NCBI GenBank assembly: GCA_963732385.1
Contig: CAVSZB010000003.1
Location: 192,001 to 256,000, forward strand
Source: an uncultured bacterium
GTDB lineage: Bacteria; Krumholzibacteriota; Krumholzibacteriia; LZORAL124-64-63
Reading direction: 5' to 3'
DNA length: 64,000 nt
Part shown: positions 1-8,709 of the stretch, one piece after another
Layout: every line of letters begins with the position of its first letter
Numbering within the stretch: position 1 is the first letter of the stretch
Program-made: the position numbers and the translations under genes
Notes under the pieces: model-generated
The model's input: only the letters and a program-made list of their open reading frames with translations
The model's database searches: none
What the model was told of the DNA's origin: nothing

Positions 1-336
1 TACACGGGGTTGGTGTCAAAGGAGCACTCCAGCGGCGAGCAACAACATCGTGGTTCGATCACCAAGGCGGGCAACACATTCCTAAGACGGATCCTAGTCG
101 AAGCCGCTTGGCACTACCAGTACAGGGTAGGCTCGACCTTGATCCTCGATCGCCGCCGGATGGGTCAGGATCCTGAAATGGTCGCGATCGCCGTGAAGGC
201 CCAGCATCGACTCGGCAGGCGATTCCATCACCTGGAGAAGACGAAGCATCGCAACAAGGTCGCCGTCGCGGTGGCCCGTGAACTGAGTGGATTCGTGTGG
301 GCCGCGATGTGGGTCGCAGCCACGAAGCAACACTAG
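1..336 (+). CDS. IS110-family transposase/recombinase, C-terminal part (5' truncated by window)
   Basis: Frame is open from base 1: YTGLVSKEHSSGEQQHRGSITKAGNTFLRRILVEAAW...KVAVAVARELSGFVWA, matching the IS110/IS116 Transposase_20 pattern (GLvP..hSSG...G.ItK.GN..LR..LveAA). Confidence 0.93.
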   Translation, partial: YTGLVSKEHSSGEQQHRGSITKAGNTFLRRILVEAAWHYQYRVGSTLILDRRRMGQDPEMVAIAVKAQHRLGRRFHHLEKTKHRNKVAVAVARELSGFVWAAMWVAATKQH

Positions 337-346
337 GACGCTGAGT

Positions 347-507
347 GGAGCAGGGACCGGTCAGGGGAATCCTCGTTTGAAGTATGCGGCAGGCCATGAG
401 CTGGACCCGCGGTGTTAGACGGAGGTCACCCCGAGACGGACAGAATTGTGTGCGGTAACCAACCCGCGGATATCAGTCTGATCAACCGTCGTTGCAGTCC
501 CTGCTCC
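347..507 (+). ncRNA. Candidate IS110 bridge/seek RNA
   Basis: Lies directly 3' of the transposase and is closed by an 11-bp long-range stem (GGAGCAGGGAC 347-357 / GTCCCTGCTCC 497-507). A perfect 10-bp hairpin follows at 527-550. Confidence 0.55.
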
Positions 508-591
508 CAACAACCAGGCGTAAGAAGGGCCCCGGCTGTCGCCGGGGCCCCCGAGGAGCGCACTAATCAACGTTTGACTAGCCGTTCCATA

Positions 592-3500
592 TCACTTCAC
601 CAGCGTCATCTTCTCCGTCTTCTCGTAGCTGCCGGCCTTCAGGCTGTAGAAGTACACGCCCGAGGAGACCGACTGACCGGTGGAGTTGCGGCCGTCCCAG
701 ATCACGGAGTGCGTCGTCGCATCCATGTTCTCGTTCAGCAGCGTCTTCACCAGTTCACCGCGCACGTTGTAGATCTTCAGCTCAACCTGGCTCTTGGCCG
801 GCAGGGTGAACTCGATTTTCGTGCTCGGGTTGAAAGGATTCGGGAAGTTCCTGGCCGTGAACACTGCCGCGGGCGTCACGCCCACTGCAGCCCCGCTAGG
901 CAACTTGCCGAAGAAGGCCAGAACGTCCATAAGGATCTGGGTACGGACCGCGATCCCGCCGGTCGGGGCCCCGTCCCAGATGATGCTCAGGTCGCAGGGC
1001 ATGAAAACGACGCGAGCCGTGTTGTCTGTGACGTTGTTGTAGACCGCCGCCGCGTACGGGTAGGCCCCGAGGGCGCCGGTCGGGCTGGTGAACTGGGCAA
1101 TCCGGACCGCCGGAGCGAGCGCGGTGACGGCGTCAAAGTCACTGATGAAGTTTGCACAGCCACCCTGCACCAGGTAGGACTTGGTCAGCACCGGCGCGTC
1201 CGCCACGGTGATCGGGCTCACGTGTGGCGTCAGCTGGCCACCAATAAGCGGCGCGAGGTTGAAGCCGTTGTATGCGACCTTGAACCACTTGTCTCTGAAC
1301 AGGACCGCGTTGACGCCGGAGCGTGACAGATCCTGGATGAGGTTATCTCCGGTGGCAAAGAAGTTCTTGCCGCCCTGATTCAGCCAGGCATCCAGACAGG
1401 CGATATCGTTGCCGGGATCGCCTTTTGTGGTGCTGGATATCGTATACGCGTCCAGGCTTCCTGAAGTGTAAAGCAACGTGTTGTAACCGGACATTTGCAG
1501 CGCGTTCGTCCGGCCGCCGAGGCCGTTGCCCAGGCCGGAGGACGGGCCGGCATTGCAGTAAATGTCATAGTCGATGCCCTGGCGGAAGCCGAGATTGTCC
1601 AGGGAAGAGAACCATTCATTCTGGTTGCTGCGGTCCTGGGAATCGTCCCAGAACAGCACTTCGGGCTGGACAAAGGTCGTATCACCCTTGTCCGGTGATA
1701 TCGTCATCGACATCGTCGGCAGAGCGTCAATCTTCCAGAGTTCATAATAGCAGTACGAGTCGTAGTGCAGGTCGCCCGGGAAATAGGAGAAGCCGGTGGT
1801 ATCTGTCGGCATGATCGTGACACCCTCAACCCCGCCCACGATGTCCGAGGCTCTGAAATAGTAGTGGAAACTGTCGCCGGGGAAGAAGAACCCGGTGTCG
1901 GGCAGGTCGAACTGGAAGAGGTTCGGCAGGCGAACCGGCGGAATGGACTCATTCCAGACCGTGTCGCCCAGCACGGTACCGTAGAGATAGGGACCGTCCT
2001 GGGTAAAGCCGGCCGGAATGGCCGTGCGGTAGGCGTCGAACAGGGGATTCATCTTCATCTTGACGTGCATGGTGGGCTGACCGGTAAGCACGGCGCCGTT
2101 GCGGACCGCCTTGACTGTCACGACGACAGAGTCGCCCGGAGTGTTGAGCACGTCGTCGGTGTTCCCGGCGATATCCACGCGCACCCAGTTCTGGGCCAGA
2201 TCCGTATAGTTGATTTCGGCATTTTCGGGCCAGCCGTCGTTGAACATGTTCCAATCACCATTGAACATGATCGCGGGCCCGCCGAAGGGGAAGGTGAGCA
2301 GCCTCACGTTGTCGAAATACGGTGCCGGCGTGTTGTCGTTGTTGGTATATTTATCGAGCCACGGCTCAGTTACGCCCAGCAGGATTTGGACCTTGTCGCG
2401 GCCGGAGTTCAGCAGGGAGGTCACTGCCTCGCCGTGCACGTAGTACTCGGCCAGAAGGCCGCCGTACCAGACGGTATTGAAATCCTTCCAGCCGCCGGGC
2501 CAGGTGAGACCGCCGTCCTTGGAGGTGCGGATGCCCCAGAAGTAGAAGATGCCGTTTTCGATCGGAAGGTGGGCGTAATTGTCCCACATTAAATAGCAGC
2601 CGTCGAAGCCTCCATCAGCGCCCCCGGGCCAATCCATAGGAGGTGACCAGACGCTGTTGTTGATCCCGTAAAGATCGCCGGCGAGACCACCGGTTGTCGT
2701 CACGCCCCAGCCACCGGGGCCGTAGTTCCAGGTCGTGCATTGAGTGCCGCCCGTCCCGGGGACCACAATGCCGTCGTCGATGAACGCCATTTGCGGCGTG
2801 TTGTTGCTGGCGCACACGTCGGCGTCCCCCAGCAACGGCCACACCTTGTGGAAATCTCCGACATACGGCGGTTTGACGTTGACCCAGTGCACCGGATCGC
2901 CGGGCTGGAAAGTATCATAAGTCTGCCGCACCTCAGCGTGCAGCTTGCCGAACAGCACCTCGATGTTGTCGAGCTGCGCGAGGCCATCGCTGGGCCAATA
3001 GCAGTCGTCGTCGGACCAGGCGCCGTCGGAATAACCGAGCCAGCGCAGGTGGATCTCGTTGTTGAGGTCCCCGACGTAGCAGTCCGGTTCTACGGTGAAG
3101 GCCACTTCCACAGCCACGGCGACATTCACGCCGTCCCAGGCGCTCGTCTTGCCCGCCTGTTCCATAACGCCGAGCTTCTCGACCTGGAGAATCAGATAGT
3201 CGTAGCGCTTCTCGGAATTGGAGTTGAAAATCGCTCTTACGGTGACGTCCGTGGCCACGGTATTGCTCGCGACCTGGCCGTACCAATCGAGCCAAAGGTT
3301 GTAGCCGTTAGCGTAGCCTTCGACCGGGTCCTCTTCGGTGCAGCTCGCTGCAAAAGTCTCGCCGCACCACATGGCGAGGTTGGCGGCGCCGAGGGGATCC
3401 AGGTTCGCGCAATTGTAGTCGGAGATGTGCCAAAAGGCCGTCATGTTCGTGATGTCCTTGCCGGTCCATCCCTGATCGTCCGGCACCAATGCCTTGGTTG

Positions 3501-3732
3501 AAGTCTGGAACTTGCCGTCCAGCCGGTCCGGGCCGCCCATAATATAAACTGTATCGGCCGCGGCTTTGCCGCTGCTCACGGGCCCGCCAGTAAGCGCGCT
3601 GTTGATGGCGCCCCTGGCGTTAAACGGGTAAAGCCGGCCCTGTCCGCTGTCATCCCTGGAAGAATCGCCAGCGATCGCGAGGCTGGCGAAGAGCGCCAGA
3701 GACAGACATACGGAAAATGTGAGTCTCCTCAT
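592..3732 (-). CDS. Large secreted protein (1046 aa) with C-terminal FlgD-Ig/T9SS type A-like sorting domain, copy 1
   Basis: N-terminal signal peptide (MRRLTFSVCLSLALFASLAIA); C-terminus FPNPFNPSTKIEFTLP...IYNVRGELVKTL...WDGRNSTGQSVSSGVYFYSLKAG. Confidence 0.9.
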   Translation of the reverse strand: MRRLTFSVCLSLALFASLAIAGDSSRDDSGQGRLYPFNARGAINSALTGGPVSSGKAAADTVYIMGGPDRLDGKFQTSTKALVPDDQGWTGKDITNMTAFWHISDYNCANLDPLGAANLAMWCGETFAASCTEEDPVEGYANGYNLWLDWYGQVASNTVATDVTVRAIFNSNSEKRYDYLILQVEKLGVMEQAGKTSAWDGVNVAVAVEVAFTVEPDCYVGDLNNEIHLRWLGYSDGAWSDDDCYWPSDGLAQLDNIEVLFGKLHAEVRQTYDTFQPGDPVHWVNVKPPYVGDFHKVWPLLGDADVCASNNTPQMAFIDDGIVVPGTGGTQCTTWNYGPGGWGVTTTGGLAGDLYGINNSVWSPPMDWPGGADGGFDGCYLMWDNYAHLPIENGIFYFWGIRTSKDGGLTWPGGWKDFNTVWYGGLLAEYYVHGEAVTSLLNSGRDKVQILLGVTEPWLDKYTNNDNTPAPYFDNVRLLTFPFGGPAIMFNGDWNMFNDGWPENAEINYTDLAQNWVRVDIAGNTDDVLNTPGDSVVVTVKAVRNGAVLTGQPTMHVKMKMNPLFDAYRTAIPAGFTQDGPYLYGTVLGDTVWNESIPPVRLPNLFQFDLPDTGFFFPGDSFHYYFRASDIVGGVEGVTIMPTDTTGFSYFPGDLHYDSYCYYELWKIDALPTMSMTISPDKGDTTFVQPEVLFWDDSQDRSNQNEWFSSLDNLGFRQGIDYDIYCNAGPSSGLGNGLGGRTNALQMSGYNTLLYTSGSLDAYTISSTTKGDPGNDIACLDAWLNQGGKNFFATGDNLIQDLSRSGVNAVLFRDKWFKVAYNGFNLAPLIGGQLTPHVSPITVADAPVLTKSYLVQGGCANFISDFDAVTALAPAVRIAQFTSPTGALGAYPYAAAVYNNVTDNTARVVFMPCDLSIIWDGAPTGGIAVRTQILMDVLAFFGKLPSGAAVGVTPAAVFTARNFPNPFNPSTKIEFTLPAKSQVELKIYNVRGELVKTLLNENMDATTHSVIWDGRNSTGQSVSSGVYFYSLKAGSYEKTEKMTLVK

Positions 3733-4504
3733 GTTTTCCCCCTAACGTTGATCCAATCAACGCAATCAAGGTTGCGCACACGTCACCGGCGGCCACTCAC
3801 TAACTCAGCCGGGAGCAAATCAAGGGAGGCCAAAGTTCATTCCCGCACAGTTTCGCGGCGCAAAGCCGGGCGAGAAATGAAGCTTACCTCCTTCGAATTG
3901 GAACGTGGGCGTATGGAACTTAGCTACAGTACCGAATGTCAAGTGCGCGGACGACTGAGAGAGTGGAACCCAGGGACAGCGCGCATTGCACGAACTTTTG
4001 CCCATGAGCCACTACATGAGACACAAAGGTGAGATTGGCCTCCTCTGTATATTTGGTGGGGAATGATGCAATTTGGAGCAACAGCAGCAGAAAGGGCTTG
4101 GGCGGGGGCATATCGACCCGAGCCATCGACCACGGCTTCGCCAGTCCTAAAGCCACATCGTCGAACCGCTCGGTCGCAAACACATCCATCTCCAGGCCCC
4201 TCTCTAAGCCTCAATGCCAGGCCAAGACCGGAATGGTCCAAACAGCGGCGCAGCACTGACGATAGGCTCAGCAGCAGGGCGGCGAGGATGGTATTGCAGA
4301 GACTTCCTGCCGGACTCTTCCCACGGGAAGCAGCGAGGAACATGAGGTTACCAAATTGCCGCCTCTCTGTCAACGGTCCCTGCATGGAGGTGAAGAACAA
4401 TCTCACCGTCTGTTATTAAATTTACCCTTTCGCCATATATGCAAACCTCTTAGGTTGGGCATTGTCGCTGTTTGTGAAATCCCCGGATCGGGCGCACCAA
4501 CAGA

Positions 4505-4531
4505 AGCGGCCCCCCGTGCGGGGGGGCCGCT
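4505..4531 (-). terminator. GC-rich hairpin, probable terminator of the copy-2 gene
   Basis: AGCGGCCCCCC-GTGCG-GGGGGGCCGCT, 30 nt downstream of the stop codon at 4562. Confidence 0.65.
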
Positions 4532-4561
4532 CCCTTGAGACTCGGCCGTGAAGCAACCGGA

Positions 4562-7500
4562 TCACTTCACCAGCGTCATCTTCTCCATCTTCTCGTAGCT
4601 GCCGGCCTTCAGGCTGTAGAAGTACACGCCCGAGGAGACCGACTGACCGGTGGAGTTGCGGCCGTCCCAGATCACGGAGTGCGTCGTCGCATCCATGTTC
4701 TCGTTCAGCAGCGTCTTCACCAGTTCACCGCGCACGTTGTAGATCTTCAGCTCAACCTGGCTCTTGGCCGGCAGGGTGAACTCGATTTTCGTGCTCGGGT
4801 TGAAAGGATTCGGGAAGTTCCTGGCCGTGAACACTGCCTCGGGCGTCACGCCCACTGCAGCCCCGCCAGGCAAATTGCCGAAGAAGGCCAGAACGTCCAT
4901 AAGGATCTGGGTACGGACCGCGATCCCGCCGGTCGGGGCGCCGTCCCAGATATTGCTCAGGTCGTAGGGCATGAAAACGACGCGAGCCGTGTTTTCTGTG
5001 ACGTTGTTGTAGACCGCCGCCGCGTACGGGTAGGCCCCGAGGGCGCCGGTCGGGCTGGTGAACTGGGCAATCCGGACCGCCGGAGCAAGCGCGGTGACGG
5101 CGTCAAAGTCACTGATGTAGTTTGCACAGCCACCCTGCACCAGGTAGGACTTGGTAAGCACAGGCGCGCCCGCGACGGTGATCGGGCTCACGTGCGGTGC
5201 AACCTGGCCGCCGATGAGCGGCGCGAGGTTGAAGCCGTTGTATGCGACCTTGAACCACTTGTCTCTGAACAGGACCGCATTGACGCCGGAGCGTGAGATG
5301 TCCTGGATGAGGTTATCTCCGGTGGCAAAGAAGTTCTTGCCGCCCTGATTCAGCCAGGCATCCAGACAGGCGATATCGTTGCCGGGATCGCCTTTTGTGG
5401 TGCTGGATATCGTATACGCGTCCAGGCTTCCTGAAGTGTAAAGCAGCGTGTTGTAACCGGACATTTTCAGCGCGTTCGTCCGGCCGCCGAGGCCGTTGCC
5501 CAGGCCGGAGGACGGGCCGGCATTGGCGTAAATGTCATAGTCGATGCCCTGGCGGAAGCCGAGATTGTCCAGGGAAGAGAACCATTCATTCTGGTTGCCG
5601 CGGTCCGCGGAATCGTCCCAGAACAGCAGGTGAGGCTGCCCAACGTCCTTCACCGCCGTGATCATCGTCGGCAGAGCGTCGACCTTCCAGACTTCATAAT
5701 AGCGGTACGAGTCGTAGTGCAGATCGCCAGGGAAATAGGAGAAACCGGTGGAATCCCTGGGCATTTGCGAGACACCGACAACCCCGCCCACGGTGTCCTC
5801 GGCTCTGATGTAGTAGTGGAAACTGTCGCCGGGGAAGAAGAACCCGGTGTCGGGCAGGTCGAACTGGAAGAGGTTCGGCAGGCGAACCGGCGGGATGGAC
5901 TCATTCCAGACCGTGTCGCCCAGCACGGTACCGTAGAGATAGGGACCGTCCTGGGTAAAGCCGGCCGGAATGGCCGTGCGGTAGGCGTCGAACAGGGGAT
6001 TCATCTTCATCTTGACGTGCATGGTGGGCGGACCGGTAAGCACGGCGCCGTTGCGGACCGCCTTGACTGTCACGACGACAGAGTCGCCCGGAGTGTTGGC
6101 AACGTCGTCGGTGTTCCCGGCGATGTCCACGCGCACCCAGTTCTGGGCCAGATCCGTATAGTTGATTTCGGCATTTTCGGGCCAGCCGTCGTTGAACAAG
6201 GCCCACTCACCCGTCACCGACAGCGCGGGCCCCCCGAAGGGGTAAACGGCCAGCGCCACGTTGTCGAAGTACGGCGACGGCGTGTTATCGTTGCTGAGAT
6301 ATTTATCGAGCCAGGGCTCAGTCACGCCCAACGAGAGCTGGACCGCGTTGCGGCCGGAGTTCAGCAGGGAGGTCACTCCATACCAGTCGCGGTAGTACTC
6401 ACCCAGGACGCCGCCGTAGATCACGGTATTGAAATCCTTCCAGCCTCCGGGCCAGGTGATGCCGCCGTCTTTGGAAGTGCGGATGCCCCAGAAGTAGAAG
6501 ATCCCGTTATCGATCGGGAGGTGGTTGTAAACGTCCCACAGGAAAGTGGCGCCGTCGTAGCCCCCATCAGCGCCCCCGGGCCAGGCCATTACGGGGGAAA
6601 TGACGCTGTTGTTGATCCCGTAAAGATCGCCGGCGAGACCACCGGTTGTCGTCACGCCCCAGCCACCGGGGCCGTAGTTCCAGGTCGTGCATTGAGTGCC
6701 GCCCGTCCCGGGGACCACAATGCCGTCGTCGATGAACGCCATTTGCGGCGTGTTGTTGCTAAGACACACGTCGGCGTCCCCCAGCAACGGCCACACCTTG
6801 TGGAATTCGCCGACATACGGCGGTTTGACGTTGACCCAGTGCACCGGATCGCCGGGCTGGAAAGTATCATAAGTCTGCCGCACCTCAGCGTGCAGCTTGC
6901 CGAAGAGCACCTCGATGTTGTCGAGCTGCGCGAGGCCATCGCTGGGCCAATAGCAGTCGCCGTCGGACCAGCCGGTGTCGGAATAACCGAGCCAGCGCAG
7001 GTGGATCTCGTTGTTGAGATCCCCGACGTAGCTGTCCGGTTCTACGGTGAAGGCCACTTCCACAGCCACGGCGACATTCACGCCGTCCCAGGCGCTCGTC
7101 TTGCCCGCCTGTTCCATAACGCCGAGCTTCTCGACCTGGAGAATCAGATAGTCGTAGCGCTTCTCGGAATTGGAGTTGAAAATCGCTCTTACGGTGACGT
7201 CCGTGGCCACGGTATTGCTCGCGACCTGGCCGTACCAATCGAGCCAAAGGTTATAGTTGTTATCGTAGCCTTCGACCGGATCCACTTCACTGCAGGATCC
7301 GGAGAAAACCTCGCCGCACCACATGGCGAGGTTGGCGGCGCCGAGGGGATCCAGGTTCGCGCAATTGTAGTCGGAGATGTGCCAGGTTGCCGTCATGTTC
7401 GTGTCGTCATTGCCGGTCCATCCCTGATCGTCAGGCACCAATGCCTTGGTCGAAGACTCGAACTTTCCGTCCAGCCGGTTCGGTCCGCCCATGATATAAA

Positions 7501-7684
7501 CTGAATCGACGGCGGCCTTGCCGCTGCTCACGGGCCCGCCAGTAAGCGCGCTGTTGTTGGCGCCCCTGGCGTTAAACGGGTAAAGCCGGGCCTGTCCGCT
7601 GTCATCCCTGGAAGAATCGTCGGCGATCGCGAGGCTGGCGAAGAGCGCCAGAGACAGACATACGGTAAATGTGAGTCTCTTCAT
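4562..7684 (-). CDS. Large secreted protein (1040 aa) with C-terminal FlgD-Ig/T9SS type A-like sorting domain, copy 2
   Basis: Near-identical paralogue of 592..3732, with a near-identical signal peptide and C-terminal domain. Confidence 0.9.
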   Translation of the reverse strand: MKRLTFTVCLSLALFASLAIADDSSRDDSGQARLYPFNARGANNSALTGGPVSSGKAAVDSVYIMGGPNRLDGKFESSTKALVPDDQGWTGNDDTNMTATWHISDYNCANLDPLGAANLAMWCGEVFSGSCSEVDPVEGYDNNYNLWLDWYGQVASNTVATDVTVRAIFNSNSEKRYDYLILQVEKLGVMEQAGKTSAWDGVNVAVAVEVAFTVEPDSYVGDLNNEIHLRWLGYSDTGWSDGDCYWPSDGLAQLDNIEVLFGKLHAEVRQTYDTFQPGDPVHWVNVKPPYVGEFHKVWPLLGDADVCLSNNTPQMAFIDDGIVVPGTGGTQCTTWNYGPGGWGVTTTGGLAGDLYGINNSVISPVMAWPGGADGGYDGATFLWDVYNHLPIDNGIFYFWGIRTSKDGGITWPGGWKDFNTVIYGGVLGEYYRDWYGVTSLLNSGRNAVQLSLGVTEPWLDKYLSNDNTPSPYFDNVALAVYPFGGPALSVTGEWALFNDGWPENAEINYTDLAQNWVRVDIAGNTDDVANTPGDSVVVTVKAVRNGAVLTGPPTMHVKMKMNPLFDAYRTAIPAGFTQDGPYLYGTVLGDTVWNESIPPVRLPNLFQFDLPDTGFFFPGDSFHYYIRAEDTVGGVVGVSQMPRDSTGFSYFPGDLHYDSYRYYEVWKVDALPTMITAVKDVGQPHLLFWDDSADRGNQNEWFSSLDNLGFRQGIDYDIYANAGPSSGLGNGLGGRTNALKMSGYNTLLYTSGSLDAYTISSTTKGDPGNDIACLDAWLNQGGKNFFATGDNLIQDISRSGVNAVLFRDKWFKVAYNGFNLAPLIGGQVAPHVSPITVAGAPVLTKSYLVQGGCANYISDFDAVTALAPAVRIAQFTSPTGALGAYPYAAAVYNNVTENTARVVFMPYDLSNIWDGAPTGGIAVRTQILMDVLAFFGNLPGGAAVGVTPEAVFTARNFPNPFNPSTKIEFTLPAKSQVELKIYNVRGELVKTLLNENMDATTHSVIWDGRNSTGQSVSSGVYFYSLKAGSYEKMEKMTLVK

Positions 7685-8461
7685 GTTTCCCCCTAACGTT
7701 GATTCGATTCAACGCAATCAAGGTTGCGCACACGTCACCGGCTGCCACTTACTAACTCAGCCGGGAGCAAATCAAGGGAGGCCAAAGTTCATCCCCGCAC
7801 AGTTTCGCGGCGCAAAGCCGGGCGAGAAATGAAGCTTATCTCCTTCAAGCTGGAACGTGGGCGAGTGGAACTTGGCAACAGTGCAACAGTACCGAATGTC
7901 AAGTGCGCGGACGACTGAGAGAGTGGAGCCCAGGGACAGCGCGCATCGCACGAACTTTTGCCCATGAGCCACTACATGAGTCACAAAGGTGAGATCGCCT
8001 CCTCTGAATATTTTGGTGGAGAATGATGCAATTTGGAGCAGCAGCAGCAGAAAGGGCTTGGGCGGGGGCATATCGACCCGAACCATCGACCACGGCTTCG
8101 CCAATCCCAAAGCCAAGCCGAACCGCTCGGTCGCAATCACACCCATCTCCAAGACCTCTCTAACCTCAATGCCAGGCCAAGACCGGAATGGTCCAAACAG
8201 CGGCGCAGCACTGACGATAGGCTCAGCAGCAGGTCGGCGAGGATGGTATTGCAGAGTCTTCCCGTCGGACTTTGCCAACGGGAAGCAGCGAGGATACTCA
8301 GATTACCAGATTGCCCTTCCCTCTGTCAACGGTCCTCTACATGGAAGTGGGGAATAATCTCACCGTCTGTTATCAAATTTGCCCCTTCGCTATATATGCA
8401 AACCTCTTAGGTTGGGCATTGTCTCGAGTTGTGAAATCCCCGGATCGGGCGCACCAACAGA

Positions 8462-8489
8462 AGCGGCCCCCCCGTGCGGGGGGGCCGCT
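8462..8489 (-). terminator. Second copy of the GC-rich hairpin, now downstream of the ABC operon
   Basis: AGCGGCCCCCCC-GTGC-GGGGGGGCCGCT. Confidence 0.55.
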
Positions 8490-8709
8490 CCCTTCAGACT
8501 CGGCCGTGAAGCAAAGGGAAATGGATCGAGCAGCACTTCAGGCAGAAGATAGGAATTTCAACCGCCCGGTCCGCCTTTTCGCTCCCTGTCGGTTGGACGG
8601 TTACGCTCCGGCGTTCTCGGCGGCATGACCCAATTGTGTCTGGCAGCAGTCTCCAGTATTGGCTGGCGGCGCGCGGGAAAAGGGACGGTCCGCAATCGCT
8701 GCCGTCACC

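Larger units (their letters stand above)
1..594 (+). mobile_element. Right part of an IS110-family insertion sequence with long 3' non-coding end
   Basis: Transposase followed by ~255 nt of non-coding DNA ending TTGACTAGCCGTTCCATATCA. Similarity to the duplicated copy at 4561 begins exactly at ATCA (591-594), marking the junction. Confidence 0.8.
591..8514. repeat. Head-to-tail tandem duplication; units ~591-4556 and ~4561-8514 (gene plus ~830 bp upstream region plus hairpin)
   Basis: Long identical blocks in both genes. The intergenic regions are also colinear and both end in GACTCGGCCGTGAAGCAA. Confidence 0.95.

Noticed and set aside
3915..3945. Promoter at the TTGACA upstream of the duplicated genes (also near 7900)
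   Set aside because: No convincing -10 at 16-18 bp spacing in either copy.
592..7684. Diversity-generating retroelement behind the paralogue differences
   Set aside because: Differences are spread through the genes, include indels and are not adenine-specific; no reverse transcriptase in the window.
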